From assembly GCA_037446575.1 (NCBI GenBank), contig JBBIII010000004.1, positions 9,583 through 73,582 of the forward strand: a stretch of 64,000 bases of DNA. Reading direction: 5' to 3'. Positions within the stretch are counted from its first letter, which is position 1. Each line of letters opens with the position of its first letter. The notes under the pieces were generated by a model. That model worked only from the letters and a program-made list of their open reading frames with translations. It was not told the DNA's origin and did no database searches. This document shows, in pieces, positions 37,997 to 47,880 of this stretch. Source of the DNA: Ignavibacteriales bacterium. Lineage in GTDB: Bacteria > Bacteroidota > Ignavibacteria > UBA10030. A program made the translations under genes and the position numbers.

Positions 37997-39271
37997 ATGG
38001 GATATATTTTTGAAGCAGAGATAGACGCAATTATTCATTCAGTTCGCATAAAAACTATTGGCGAAGAAGATGAGATTACACTTAAGAAAACTCTTAATGC
38101 TAAAATTCATCCTGCTATTAAGGCATATTTTAAAGCCGAGGTTGAAAAGATGCTCGAATTGGAACGAGGTTTAGAGTATCGTTCGAAAAAATTTCCTTAT
38201 TCACTCCCTGAAGTTAAAAGTCTTGAACGGCAAATAGATTTGCTTTTAATTCAGAATTACCATTTTAACAAACAAGAGTTTGAAACCTTGTTAGACGAGT
38301 CGGTTCATTTCCAGTTTAATTATCTTTGCAGGCCTCAATGGACGTTGATGAATTTTATTATTGGCGAACAGCGAAGAATATCCACTTCTGTAATTGAGAA
38401 ACGATTGAAATATACTGTCGATTATGCGTATTTTTCTGAGTTAATTAAACGATATATAATAGAGCATGGGTTAGCGGAAATTACTTATGAGGAATTTAAA
38501 TCCATAATAGAAAAAATAGATTGCGAGGTAATTGCTCAACATTCAAATATTGAATTAGCAAATATGACTCGAGCTTTATTCGATTTTGTAGAATCAGGCA
38601 AAATGACGCCTCAAACAGAATTCGAACAACAAACACTTCCCATTAACGCAGCAATAGTTTTTTTTGAAGACAAAAAATTAGACGATATTCGATTAAGATT
38701 AGAATTCGAACGGGATCGCAATCGTGTATTACAATTAACTGCAGAGCGATTAGCTGAAATAATAGAAATAGTAAAAACGGAAAGAGAAGTATTAGAAAGC
38801 GAGTCAACGTCAAAACAACCAATTATAATGGAGGAAAATAAACCAATCAATAAGGATGAGTTAATCTTTGAGACAGCGGAAGTCGATGTTAAGACAAATA
38901 TGATCTCGAAGAGCGCAGAAGAAAATTTGGTAGTTAAAGAGGTGTTCAACCAAGATGAAAAGGCGCCTAAATTAGTTTTTGGAGAGGATGACGAGAAATA
39001 TTTTATATCGGCTCAGGGAATTAGTCAAAAAGAGATACAAGGCTTGTTTTCAAATTCTGAACGTAAGATTTTGGTAAAGAAAATTTTTTATGATGAAGAA
39101 CCTGCGCTTGATGCAATAATTACAGAAATTAGTCTGCAACAAAATTGGAAACAAGCGGCGGTTATTTTAGACACTCTTTTTGTAACAAATAAAGTTGATC
39201 CTTTTTCTGAGGTCGCGGTGCTGTTTACAGATAAGTTGTTTACGCTTTTTAAAAATATAAATAAATCGTAA
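37997..39271 (+). CDS. Hypothetical acidic protein
   Basis: 424 aa, Glu/Lys-rich and predicted helical, with no recognisable motif. It starts 13 nt after the TPR gene and is likely co-transcribed. Confidence 0.4.
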   Translation: MGYIFEAEIDAIIHSVRIKTIGEEDEITLKKTLNAKIHPAIKAYFKAEVEKMLELERGLEYRSKKFPYSLPEVKSLERQIDLLLIQNYHFNKQEFETLLDESVHFQFNYLCRPQWTLMNFIIGEQRRISTSVIEKRLKYTVDYAYFSELIKRYIIEHGLAEITYEEFKSIIEKIDCEVIAQHSNIELANMTRALFDFVESGKMTPQTEFEQQTLPINAAIVFFEDKKLDDIRLRLEFERDRNRVLQLTAERLAEIIEIVKTEREVLESESTSKQPIIMEENKPINKDELIFETAEVDVKTNMISKSAEENLVVKEVFNQDEKAPKLVFGEDDEKYFISAQGISQKEIQGLFSNSERKILVKKIFYDEEPALDAIITEISLQQNWKQAAVILDTLFVTNKVDPFSEVAVLFTDKLFTLFKNINKS

Positions 39272-39323
39272 TAACTCGGTGAGACCATCGTAAAGAAAAG
39301 CATAGCACGCAGAATACACAGAT

Positions 39324-39427
39324 GAAACAAGATTAAGGCCGATTTTGTGTCTGTGAGCATCATGTACTTTTTCTGTGCTTGTCCAATCGGGGTTTTCATT
39401 GTTCTTGAATTTCATAATTGTGTACGC
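39324..39427 (+). repeat. Copy 2 of the ~104-nt conserved intergenic element, immediately upstream of obgE
   Basis: See copy 1. It ends about 80 nt before the obgE ATG and contains a CATAATTG box compatible with an FCB-type -7 element. Confidence 0.7.
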
Positions 39428-39507
39428 TTTTCTACGAGAACAATTGTATCTAAAATTAATTTGCCGAGTAATTACAATAAATCAATATAAGGTATAACCA
39501 ATATTAT

Positions 39508-40518
39508 ATGCATTTTATTGACGAAGCAAGAATTGTTGTAAAAGCCGGCAATGGTGGCAACGGATGTATAAGCTTCCGACATGAAAAATTTGTCCCAAAG
39601 GGAGGTCCGGATGGTGGTAACGGCGGCAAGGGAGGGAATGTAATCATTCGGGCAAACCGGCAATTAAACACTTTGCTTGATTTTAAGTACAAAAGGCATT
39701 ATCAAGCAGAGCGTGGAGAAAACGGACGTGGAAAAAATCAGGAGGGGAAATCGGGTAAAGATGAAATTATAAAAGTTCCCTGCGGCACGCTTATTAAGGA
39801 TTCAAATAAAGGGAAAGTTATTGCCGACTTAACAATAGATGGAGATGAAATAATTATTGCACGCGGAGGTAAAGGGGGACGCGGAAATGGAGAATTTGCA
39901 ACATCAACTAATCAAGCCCCTCGATTTGCTGAACCTGGAATTATTGGCGAATGGCGAGAACTTATTCTTGAACTCAAATTGTTGGCAGATATAGGACTTG
40001 TTGGATTTCCTAATGCAGGTAAATCTACATTAATTTCTGTCATTTCAGCCGCTAAACCTAAAATAGCCGATTACCCATTCACTACGCTTAATCCACATCT
40101 TGGATTAGTGAGATATGCAGAAGGTAAAAGTTTCATTGTAGCAGATATCCCTGGTATAATAGAAGGGGCGCATGAAGGCAAAGGGTTAGGCATCCAATTT
40201 ATCCGGCATATAGAACGGACAAAAATTCTAGTTTTCCTAATAGAATCTGTTAGCGAAGATCCAAAAAATGATTTTAAGATTTTATTGAATGAACTTTTTT
40301 CTTACAATCCATCGGTAGCAAAAAAGAAAAAAATTGTAGCTCTAACAAAACTTGATATAGCTGATGATATTTGTAAAAAGAAGATTGCTAAAATCAAATT
40401 TGGCAGAGGTGTAAAAACTATTCAAATTTCAGCGGTTACCGGTATTGGAATACAGAATTTATTAGATGCAATGTGGAGTGCATTGGACAAGAAAAAAGGC
40501 AACAAGAAAGAGAATTAA
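39508..40518 (+). CDS. obgE: GTPase ObgE/CgtA
   Basis: An Obg N-terminal glycine-rich fold (GGNGGNGCISF…GGPDGGNGGKGG) and a G domain with GFPNAGKST and DIPG motifs. Confidence 0.9.
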   Translation: MHFIDEARIVVKAGNGGNGCISFRHEKFVPKGGPDGGNGGKGGNVIIRANRQLNTLLDFKYKRHYQAERGENGRGKNQEGKSGKDEIIKVPCGTLIKDSNKGKVIADLTIDGDEIIIARGGKGGRGNGEFATSTNQAPRFAEPGIIGEWRELILELKLLADIGLVGFPNAGKSTLISVISAAKPKIADYPFTTLNPHLGLVRYAEGKSFIVADIPGIIEGAHEGKGLGIQFIRHIERTKILVFLIESVSEDPKNDFKILLNELFSYNPSVAKKKKIVALTKLDIADDICKKKIAKIKFGRGVKTIQISAVTGIGIQNLLDAMWSALDKKKGNKKEN

Positions 40519-40536
40519 TAACTTTAGTATAATTAC

Positions 40537-42852
40537 TTACCAATTAATTTTACTTTTTTTGCGAATAGTTTCTTCTTCTTTTAATTGATTCCAATCTATT
40601 GAGGTATGTTTGTCGCAAAGACTTATCGTGTACTTAGAATTAAAAATCTCGGTAGTTTTTTCAGGGCAAAATTCCCGCGCTTTTTTCTTGGTTTCGACAC
40701 ATATTGTGTCTGAAATAATTCCTGCTGGCTGATTAAAATACTCGACAGAAAGATTTAAAGATGGGTCTTCATAGACTTTTTGCATAAACCTGCCAAAAAT
40801 AGGGGCAGCCGCTCTGCCGCCTTGTCCGTCGGAGCTTTTGAAACGAATCCGAGGTTCATCGAAACCTACCCAAACGCCGGCAACTAAATGCGGTGTAAAT
40901 CCGATAAACCATGCGTCTGCATAGTCGTTTGTTGTACCAGTTTTTCCAGCGCATACGCCATTAAAGAATGACCGCACTCCGCGTGTAGCAGTTCCGCCGT
41001 TAACAACGCCTTTTAATAAATCGGTCATAAGATATGATGTTTCTTTGCTTAGCACTTCTTTTTTTGTTGGAGCTTTTTCTTCTAATAAATTTCCATTTTT
41101 ATCTTCTATGCGCAGAATGGAAGTTGGACTCACAAGCACACCTTCGTTTGCAAACACACCGTACGCTGATGTTAATTCGAGAGGACTTACCTCTACAGTG
41201 CCGAGAGCTATTGATTCATAAGGTGGAATTCTGGATATAATTCCCATTCTTCTAGCGTATTCTGATACTTGCTTGGCGGGCGCAATTTCAAGTATAACAC
41301 GCACTGTAACAAGATTAATAGAAAGCTTCAAAGCATTTCTGAGTGTGTATTTCCCTCCAATGCTTTTATCATAATTTTCTGGGGACCAACGTGTACCATC
41401 AGGCATTGGAATTGTAACAGGTTGATTCAGAACTTCATAACAAACCGGATAACCATTATCGAGCGCAACCGTGTAGACAAATGGTTTAAAAGCTGAGCCA
41501 GGTTGACGACGAATTTGTATTACGTGATTTATACCATATTTAAATGTTCTATAATTGCGTCCGCCCACCATCGCTTTTATATGCCCCGTATGCGGATCAA
41601 TTACCACAAAACCAACTTCAATTGTTTGCGCAACTTTTTTAATCGAATCGATAAAAGCTTTGCTGTTAAGTAAATATTGTCTGATGCTATCCTGTATTTT
41701 AGAATTCCTTGATTTTTTATAATCTTCGTAATCTAATATAGATTTGTTAATAACGTCCTTCAATAATTCAGGTTGATCGTCCCAAATCCATGTTGCATCG
41801 AAAGTTTGTTGATAGTTTTTTAAATGTTCTTCGACTGCTTCTATTGCATATCGTTGCATTCTGCTGTCAATAGAAGTATAGATATTTAATCCGTCTCGGT
41901 AAATGTTGAAATCATTTAATTCCGCTTTTTTTAATAATTGTCGCCTTGTCCATTCAACGAAATGTGGAGCGATGCCGGAATTAAATTCGGATTCAGCAAA
42001 TTTAAAATTTAAAGTATCAGAACGTACTTTTTCCGCCAATTCGTCTGTTAGAAATCCCTCTTTTACCATTTGAGATATAACAATATCGCGCCTATTTAAA
42101 GAGCGGTCTAAATGCTGAGTTGGATCGTAATAATTAGGACCTTTTAGCATCCCAATTAAAAGAGTATATTCGGGGGGTGTCAAATCAAACGCTGATTTAC
42201 CGAAGTATGTCCGAGCCGCCGATTCAATTCCGTATGAATTTTTTCCAAAGAAGGCAACATTTAAATAAAGTTCTATAATCTCATTTTTTGTGAAATTGCG
42301 CTCTATTTGGACTGACGTAATAAACTCGCGTATCTTCCTCGTTATTTTATCGAATAGCGATTCGTTCTTACTTTGAAGTTTATATAGATTACGTGCAAGT
42401 TGTTGAGTTATAGTGCTGGCGCCTGCTTGACGAAAAGTAATTAAATTTATTACCATTTGTCGAACAAAACGTGGTAAATTTACCCCCCAATGTTTGTAAA
42501 AATTTTTATCTTCGGTAGCTATTAGTCCTTTTATTAATCCTTCTGGAAGTTTATCTAAAGTAATACGCGTTCGGTTTTTATACGCAAACTGATCCAGCAC
42601 TTCACCATCTACTGAATATACCTTAGTTGCAAGTTCTGGCCTCGGATTTTCTAATTGATCAAGAGTTGGTAATCCGTTAATGATGTAAACAGAATACCAA
42701 GATAAAAGCATTACAAATATAAAAATCCCGCTATAAAGAAAGGGGTGTTTCCATGTAAAAATATTTCTTCTGCGCTTCATGTGTAAGTGTCGATATTCTG
42801 GATCGTTAAAATATCGTTCCATTTCATCTGAACTAAATTTCTTGTTTGCCAT
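40537..42852 (-). CDS. mrcA: Class A penicillin-binding protein (PBP1A; transglycosylase + transpeptidase)
   Basis: GT51 motifs (…EDKNFYKHWG…, …GASTITQQLA…) and transpeptidase SxxK (SAFKP), SxN and KTGT (GKTGTT) motifs. Confidence 0.9.
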   Translation of the reverse strand: MANKKFSSDEMERYFNDPEYRHLHMKRRRNIFTWKHPFLYSGIFIFVMLLSWYSVYIINGLPTLDQLENPRPELATKVYSVDGEVLDQFAYKNRTRITLDKLPEGLIKGLIATEDKNFYKHWGVNLPRFVRQMVINLITFRQAGASTITQQLARNLYKLQSKNESLFDKITRKIREFITSVQIERNFTKNEIIELYLNVAFFGKNSYGIESAARTYFGKSAFDLTPPEYTLLIGMLKGPNYYDPTQHLDRSLNRRDIVISQMVKEGFLTDELAEKVRSDTLNFKFAESEFNSGIAPHFVEWTRRQLLKKAELNDFNIYRDGLNIYTSIDSRMQRYAIEAVEEHLKNYQQTFDATWIWDDQPELLKDVINKSILDYEDYKKSRNSKIQDSIRQYLLNSKAFIDSIKKVAQTIEVGFVVIDPHTGHIKAMVGGRNYRTFKYGINHVIQIRRQPGSAFKPFVYTVALDNGYPVCYEVLNQPVTIPMPDGTRWSPENYDKSIGGKYTLRNALKLSINLVTVRVILEIAPAKQVSEYARRMGIISRIPPYESIALGTVEVSPLELTSAYGVFANEGVLVSPTSILRIEDKNGNLLEEKAPTKKEVLSKETSYLMTDLLKGVVNGGTATRGVRSFFNGVCAGKTGTTNDYADAWFIGFTPHLVAGVWVGFDEPRIRFKSSDGQGGRAAAPIFGRFMQKVYEDPSLNLSVEYFNQPAGIISDTICVETKKKAREFCPEKTTEIFNSKYTISLCDKHTSIDWNQLKEEETIRKKSKINW

Positions 42853-42875
42853 TATGGTTAAATAATTTTAAAAAA

Positions 42876-43637
42876 TTATTTCGTCCATTTTTTTAATTCA
42901 ATTTTTTTGCCGTCAAAAACCGCGTATGTGTTTTCAAGAATCCAGTTGCCAAGATTTATATAAGCACCGGCGCCAAATTTTTTGTGACAAGATTTATGGT
43001 TATGGCCCATTACCACAAAATCAAATCCCTCATTAATTTTTTGAGCCGCAAAATTAAACATTCCATCACCTTCAAAAGTTCTTTTGTTCGTATAACGGCG
43101 GCTTGTACGTGATGACCATCGAGCTATACTGCCAGTAATATCTGGATGAATAAGAGAAAATAAAAAAATGTTGATTTTACTGCGCAATATAAGTTTGAGC
43201 GTTTTATAACCAAAATCGTCTTTTAGCAGTCCATCGCCATGATGAATGAGAAATCGCTTGCCATAAATTTCTGTTTCAATCGGGTCTAAGTGTATTTCCA
43301 TTCCAAGTTCTTTATAAAAATAATTTTTCACCCAAAAATCGTGATTGCCAGCGATAAAAAAAATCCTAATTCCTATATCAGTTAATTCCGCAATTTTTGT
43401 AAGAATTCTAAAAAATTTTTTTGGCACAACCGATTTGTATTCAAACCAATAATCAAATAAATCACCCACAATATATAATTGCTCGGCGTCTCGCTTAATA
43501 GAATCTAAGAATCGAATAATTCGCAATTCTTTAAGTCGCTCTTCCTCGTCGGAGCCAATGCCAAGGTGAGCGTCTGAAAAAAAATAAATTTTCTTTCGGT
43601 TCACTTTTATTTTATGAATAAATTTCTTTTTTACCAT
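42876..43637 (-). CDS. UDP-2,3-diacylglucosamine diphosphatase-like metallophosphoesterase (LpxH family)
   Basis: Calcineurin-like motifs 'FFSDAHLG', 'YIVGDLFD…W' and 'GNHD'. Confidence 0.7.
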   Translation of the reverse strand: MVKKKFIHKIKVNRKKIYFFSDAHLGIGSDEEERLKELRIIRFLDSIKRDAEQLYIVGDLFDYWFEYKSVVPKKFFRILTKIAELTDIGIRIFFIAGNHDFWVKNYFYKELGMEIHLDPIETEIYGKRFLIHHGDGLLKDDFGYKTLKLILRSKINIFLFSLIHPDITGSIARWSSRTSRRYTNKRTFEGDGMFNFAAQKINEGFDFVVMGHNHKSCHKKFGAGAYINLGNWILENTYAVFDGKKIELKKWTK

Positions 43638-43760
43638 TAAAAATAATCCTTACAATTTATTAGATACCGAAAAATTGAAGGAAAATCAAGAAATACAAGC
43701 TCATATATAACCTTGCATCTCGGAACCTATTTCTTTATTATTCAATCGGAAAAATTGCAA

Positions 43761-44816
43761 ATGAAAACATCGAAAACATCTTCACGAAAACGACAGCACA
43801 TTGATATTACGCTTAAAAAGGATGTCTCGTTTCGGAGTAAAACCGCAGGGTTCGAAAAATGGGAATTCATTCATAATGCTTTGCCAGAAATAAATCGTTC
43901 AGAGATAAATACTTCATCCTCTTTTTTAGGCAAGAAAATTTCATTCCCGTTAATCATTTCTAGTATGACTGGCGGTTATTCGGATGCCGAAAAAATAAAT
44001 CGTTTATTAGCTGAAGTATGCGCGCAAAAAAAAATCGGTTTGGGTGTTGGTAGTCAGCGCCAAGCATTAGAAAGCAACAAGCATCATCGTTCATTTTCTA
44101 TTGTACGCGAGATTGCGTCCGATATTCCGATTTTTGGAAATATAGGCGCTGTAGAAGCGGCAAAACTAAAAGATGTGTCGCCGGTCTTAAGACTAATAGA
44201 TTTGATAGAAGCGGATGGTTTTGCGATTCACCTAAATCCGTTGCAGGAACTTTTACAACGCGAAGGCGAACCGAAATTTCGAGGCGTCCTTTCGGCAATC
44301 GAGATGTTTGCAAAATCGATTTCAATTCCTATTATTGTAAAAGAGATTGGGTCTGGAATTTCTGCCGAAGTAGCTAAAAAGCTGATAGATGTTGGCGTGC
44401 AAATTATAGATGTGGCTGGCGCCGGCGGCACAAGCTGGGCAGGCGTTGAGATAATACGAAGGGGAGAGAAAAATAAGAAGAAAAATAATTTTTCGGAATT
44501 TTGGGATTGGGGTATTCCAACCGTTGAAGCTTTGAGAGATGTATGCGCGCTTAAAAATAAATCGACTGAATTAAAAGTGATTTCATCTGGAGGAATAACA
44601 AACGGCGTGGAAATGGCAAAATCAATAGCTTTCGGAGCTGATTATGTTGCAACGGCGCGTCTTATATTAATTGCGCTGATTAATGGCGGTTTGAAAACCG
44701 CGCTCGAGTTAGTAAATGAATGGGAGAATGAACTAAAAAACGCGATGTTTTTAACCGGGTCGAGCTCGATTTCAGTTTTACAAACAAAAAAAATGGTAAG
44801 GAAAGATTGGCTTTAG
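43761..44816 (+). CDS. fni: Type 2 isopentenyl-diphosphate delta-isomerase (FMN-dependent IDI-2)
   Basis: 'RKRQHIDI' N-terminus and an FMN TIM barrel (…SSMTGG…, …VKEIGSGIS…, …VAGAGGTSWA…). The ORF track starts at 43713; Met43761 matches the family N-terminus better. Confidence 0.8.
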   Translation: MKTSKTSSRKRQHIDITLKKDVSFRSKTAGFEKWEFIHNALPEINRSEINTSSSFLGKKISFPLIISSMTGGYSDAEKINRLLAEVCAQKKIGLGVGSQRQALESNKHHRSFSIVREIASDIPIFGNIGAVEAAKLKDVSPVLRLIDLIEADGFAIHLNPLQELLQREGEPKFRGVLSAIEMFAKSISIPIIVKEIGSGISAEVAKKLIDVGVQIIDVAGAGGTSWAGVEIIRRGEKNKKKNNFSEFWDWGIPTVEALRDVCALKNKSTELKVISSGGITNGVEMAKSIAFGADYVATARLILIALINGGLKTALELVNEWENELKNAMFLTGSSSISVLQTKKMVRKDWL

Positions 44817-44819
44817 ATT

Positions 44820-45797
44820 ATGAATCCACAAATGAAATACGATAGATGTAAATGCGCAATAGAAAAATATCTGCGTAATTTTATCTGCATTCAAAAACCT
44901 TATTCTTTATATCAGCCGATAAAATATGTTCTATCAAGCGGAGGCAAAAGAATACGCCCTGTTATCACATTGCTTTGTTGTGAAGCAGTTGGAGGAGAAA
45001 GTTCAAATGCTTTACACGCCGGCGCGGCAATAGAAATATTACATAATTTCACACTTGTTCATGATGATATAATGGATAATGCTACGACACGGCGAGGCAG
45101 GCTTACAGTGCATAAAAAATGGGATGAAAATGTGGCTTTGCTTGCTGGTGATGCGCTTCTTTCCTTGGCATACCGCGCTTTGTTAAGAACAGAATCTTCA
45201 CGCATAAGAGAAATTAGTAAAATATTTACAGAAGGCGTTCTAACAATATGCGAAGGACAGGCGTTAGATAAAGAGTTCGAAACCCGGCATCGAGTTCATG
45301 TTAATGAATATCTATCTATGATCGAAAAGAAAACAGGGATGCTTGTTTCTGTATCGGCGCAAGTAGGCGCATTAATTGGAAACGCTCAACCAGCAGAATT
45401 GACCGCTCTGCGTCGTTATGGAGAGTATGTTGGCCGCGCTTTTCAAATACAGGATGATTTGTTAGATATAATAGCGGATGAAAAAGAGTTTGGAAAAAAC
45501 ATTGGGAGCGATTTAGTAGAAGGAAAAAAAACATTTTTATTGCTCGAGGCGCTTCGTAAAGCAAAAGGCGAACAAAAGAAATCGCTTCAAAAAATATTCA
45601 TTAATGGAGGCGCACCGCGTAGTCAAATAAAGTTGTACCGCAAAATCTATGAAGAGACCGGAGCAATCGATTCTGCAAAGAGAAGGATTTCCGACGATAT
45701 AGTTGAAGCAAAAAATCAGCTTTCGAACTTGAAAGCGTCGGTAGCAAAAGAGACCCTTTTGTGGCTTACGGATAAACTTTTGAATAGGACTTATTAA
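44820..45797 (+). CDS. Polyprenyl diphosphate synthase (FPP/GGPP synthase family)
   Basis: FARM 'LVHDDIMD' and SARM 'QIQDDLLD' motifs. Confidence 0.85.
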   Translation: MNPQMKYDRCKCAIEKYLRNFICIQKPYSLYQPIKYVLSSGGKRIRPVITLLCCEAVGGESSNALHAGAAIEILHNFTLVHDDIMDNATTRRGRLTVHKKWDENVALLAGDALLSLAYRALLRTESSRIREISKIFTEGVLTICEGQALDKEFETRHRVHVNEYLSMIEKKTGMLVSVSAQVGALIGNAQPAELTALRRYGEYVGRAFQIQDDLLDIIADEKEFGKNIGSDLVEGKKTFLLLEALRKAKGEQKKSLQKIFINGGAPRSQIKLYRKIYEETGAIDSAKRRISDDIVEAKNQLSNLKASVAKETLLWLTDKLLNRTY

Positions 45798-45801
45798 AAT
45801 A

Positions 45802-46071
45802 ATGATTGAGCGGGAAGTAACGATTCGAAATAAAGCGGGTCTCCATACGCGTCCGGCAGCGGCAATAGTAAAATTAGCCGCAAAATATCAATCGGAATTT
45901 TATATTGAAAAAGACGATATGCAAATCAATGGTAAAAGTATTATAGGTGTTATGACTTTAGCCGCAGAACAAGGTTCTGTTCTTACTTTGAAATTTGATG
46001 GTTCTGATGAAGAAGATGCGTTTAAAGCGATGGCTGAGTTGTTCGAAAGCGGATTTGGAGAACCTAAATAA
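45802..46071 (+). CDS. ptsH: Phosphocarrier protein HPr
   Basis: 'GLHTRPAA' active-site His region and a 'GKSIIGVM' Ser-46-like region. Confidence 0.85.
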   Translation: MIEREVTIRNKAGLHTRPAAAIVKLAAKYQSEFYIEKDDMQINGKSIIGVMTLAAEQGSVLTLKFDGSDEEDAFKAMAELFESGFGEPK

Positions 46072-46113
46072 AAAAGTTACCATATAAAACTTGAAAAAAT
46101 AACATGTGAAAAT

Positions 46114-47868
46114 ATGGATCGAATTATAAGAGATGAACAAAAATTAAAAGGCATAGCAGCATCGCCAGGCATTGTTATTGGACCTGTTTACATTTATCGT
46201 AAGCATGAACCTACCATTCAAATTCGCACAATTGATAATGCCGAAGTAAAAATAGAAGTTGAACGATTAAAAAATGCAATTGCGCGATCTAAAAAAGAAA
46301 TATCAAAAATATATGAATTTGCAGAGCAGAAATTAGGCAAGGAGCAATCTAAAATTATTGAGGCGCAATTATTAATTCTTGAAGATAAAATATTATTTGA
46401 CACAATTATCGGACGATTGCGGAAAGAGAAAAAAAACGTAGAGTTTTTATTAAACGATGAAATGAAAAAATATCATCAGTTGATGTTGATGTCAAAAGAT
46501 GCGTATGCGCGCGAACGAGCCGATGATTTGCTTGATGTCGAAAACCGGATTTTACGTAATCTTGAGGAACAGAAGCTGACGTCTAAAATTGACGGTTCTC
46601 AGATAATTGTCTCGCATAATATTGCCGCTGCCGATGCTTTGATCTTCAGCAGAAACGATGTGCTTGCCTATGTTACCGAATTAGGCGGTTCTACATCGCA
46701 TATGGCTTTGTTAACACGAGCGTTGAAAATACCTGCAGTTGTAGGCGTGCGCCAGGTAGCGTCAATTGTCAATACTAACGATGAAATAATTGTAGATGGT
46801 TATAGCGGAGTTGTAATTATCAACCCAACTGCCGAAACATTGAGACGTTATAATAGAAAGAAAGAACAATTCAGCGCTTATGAGGAAACTCTGGCAAAAT
46901 TAAAAAATCTTTCTGCGGAAACGCTTGATGGACGCCGAATTAAACTTGGGGCAAATATTGAATTAGAAGAAGAACTTGAATTTATAAAACTTCAAGGCGC
47001 TGAAGGAATCGGACTTTATAGAACTGAAAGTTTGTTGTTGGGCAAAGAAGTATTTCCTAGTGAAGATGAACAATATGAAGTCTACCATAGAATAGCTGAG
47101 TCTGTCTATCCGGAGCAGGCAATAATCCGCACATTCGATATTGGCGGAGATAAATTTATGGCTCATACTTTTAAGGAAAATAATCCATTCCTTGGATGGC
47201 GTGGTATTCGAGTTATGTTGGATAAACCTCAAATCTTTTTAGATCAATTGCGCGCAATTCTTCGTGCGAGCTTAAGGAAAAATCTTGCTATCATGTTCCC
47301 GATGGTAACAAATCTTAAAGAAGTACAGCTTGGCAAACAGCTTATTAATCAAGCTAAAGATGATTTACGTAATAAAGGGATTCCTTTCGACGAGAAGATC
47401 CAATTAGGCGTTATGATTGAAGTGCCTGCGGCGGCTGTTATAGCAGATCATTTAGCAAAAGAGGTAAGTTTTTTAAGTATAGGCACAAACGACTTGATAC
47501 AATACTTGCTTGCGGTAGATAGAGGAAATGATGTTGTTTCAGATTTATTTCAAGAATTTCATCCGGCAGTAATTCGGTTTTTAAGACGTATTATCGAACG
47601 AGGAAAACAAGAAAATGTGTGGGTTGGAATGTGCGGGCAAATGGCAGGCGATCCGCTTGCGACAATTTTATTAATTGGGCTTGGATTAGATGAATTCAGC
47701 GTTGTGCCTTCTGTGCTTCCGGAGATCAAAAAAATAATTCGTTCTATTCATTATACAGAGGCGCAACATGTAGCAGAACGCGTCCTTTCCATGCAATCTG
47801 AAGATGAAATTGAAGCTTTCCTCAAAAATTTAATGAGACATAAATTTCCCGATATACCTGTAAGTTGA
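46114..47868 (+). CDS. ptsI: Phosphoenolpyruvate-protein phosphotransferase (PTS Enzyme I)
   Basis: 584 aa; phospho-His domain '…GGSTSHMALLTRALKIPAVVG…' and a PEP-utilising TIM barrel '…GTNDLIQY…'. Confidence 0.9.
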   Translation: MDRIIRDEQKLKGIAASPGIVIGPVYIYRKHEPTIQIRTIDNAEVKIEVERLKNAIARSKKEISKIYEFAEQKLGKEQSKIIEAQLLILEDKILFDTIIGRLRKEKKNVEFLLNDEMKKYHQLMLMSKDAYARERADDLLDVENRILRNLEEQKLTSKIDGSQIIVSHNIAAADALIFSRNDVLAYVTELGGSTSHMALLTRALKIPAVVGVRQVASIVNTNDEIIVDGYSGVVIINPTAETLRRYNRKKEQFSAYEETLAKLKNLSAETLDGRRIKLGANIELEEELEFIKLQGAEGIGLYRTESLLLGKEVFPSEDEQYEVYHRIAESVYPEQAIIRTFDIGGDKFMAHTFKENNPFLGWRGIRVMLDKPQIFLDQLRAILRASLRKNLAIMFPMVTNLKEVQLGKQLINQAKDDLRNKGIPFDEKIQLGVMIEVPAAAVIADHLAKEVSFLSIGTNDLIQYLLAVDRGNDVVSDLFQEFHPAVIRFLRRIIERGKQENVWVGMCGQMAGDPLATILLIGLGLDEFSVVPSVLPEIKKIIRSIHYTEAQHVAERVLSMQSEDEIEAFLKNLMRHKFPDIPVS

Positions 47869-47880
47869 AAAAAATAGGAG

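Noticed and set aside
43713-43760. Upstream start for fni (MHLGTYFFIIQSEKLQ…)
   Set aside because: The conserved IDI-2 N-terminus (…RKRQHI…) begins right after Met43761. The upstream 16 codons overlap the divergent promoter region.
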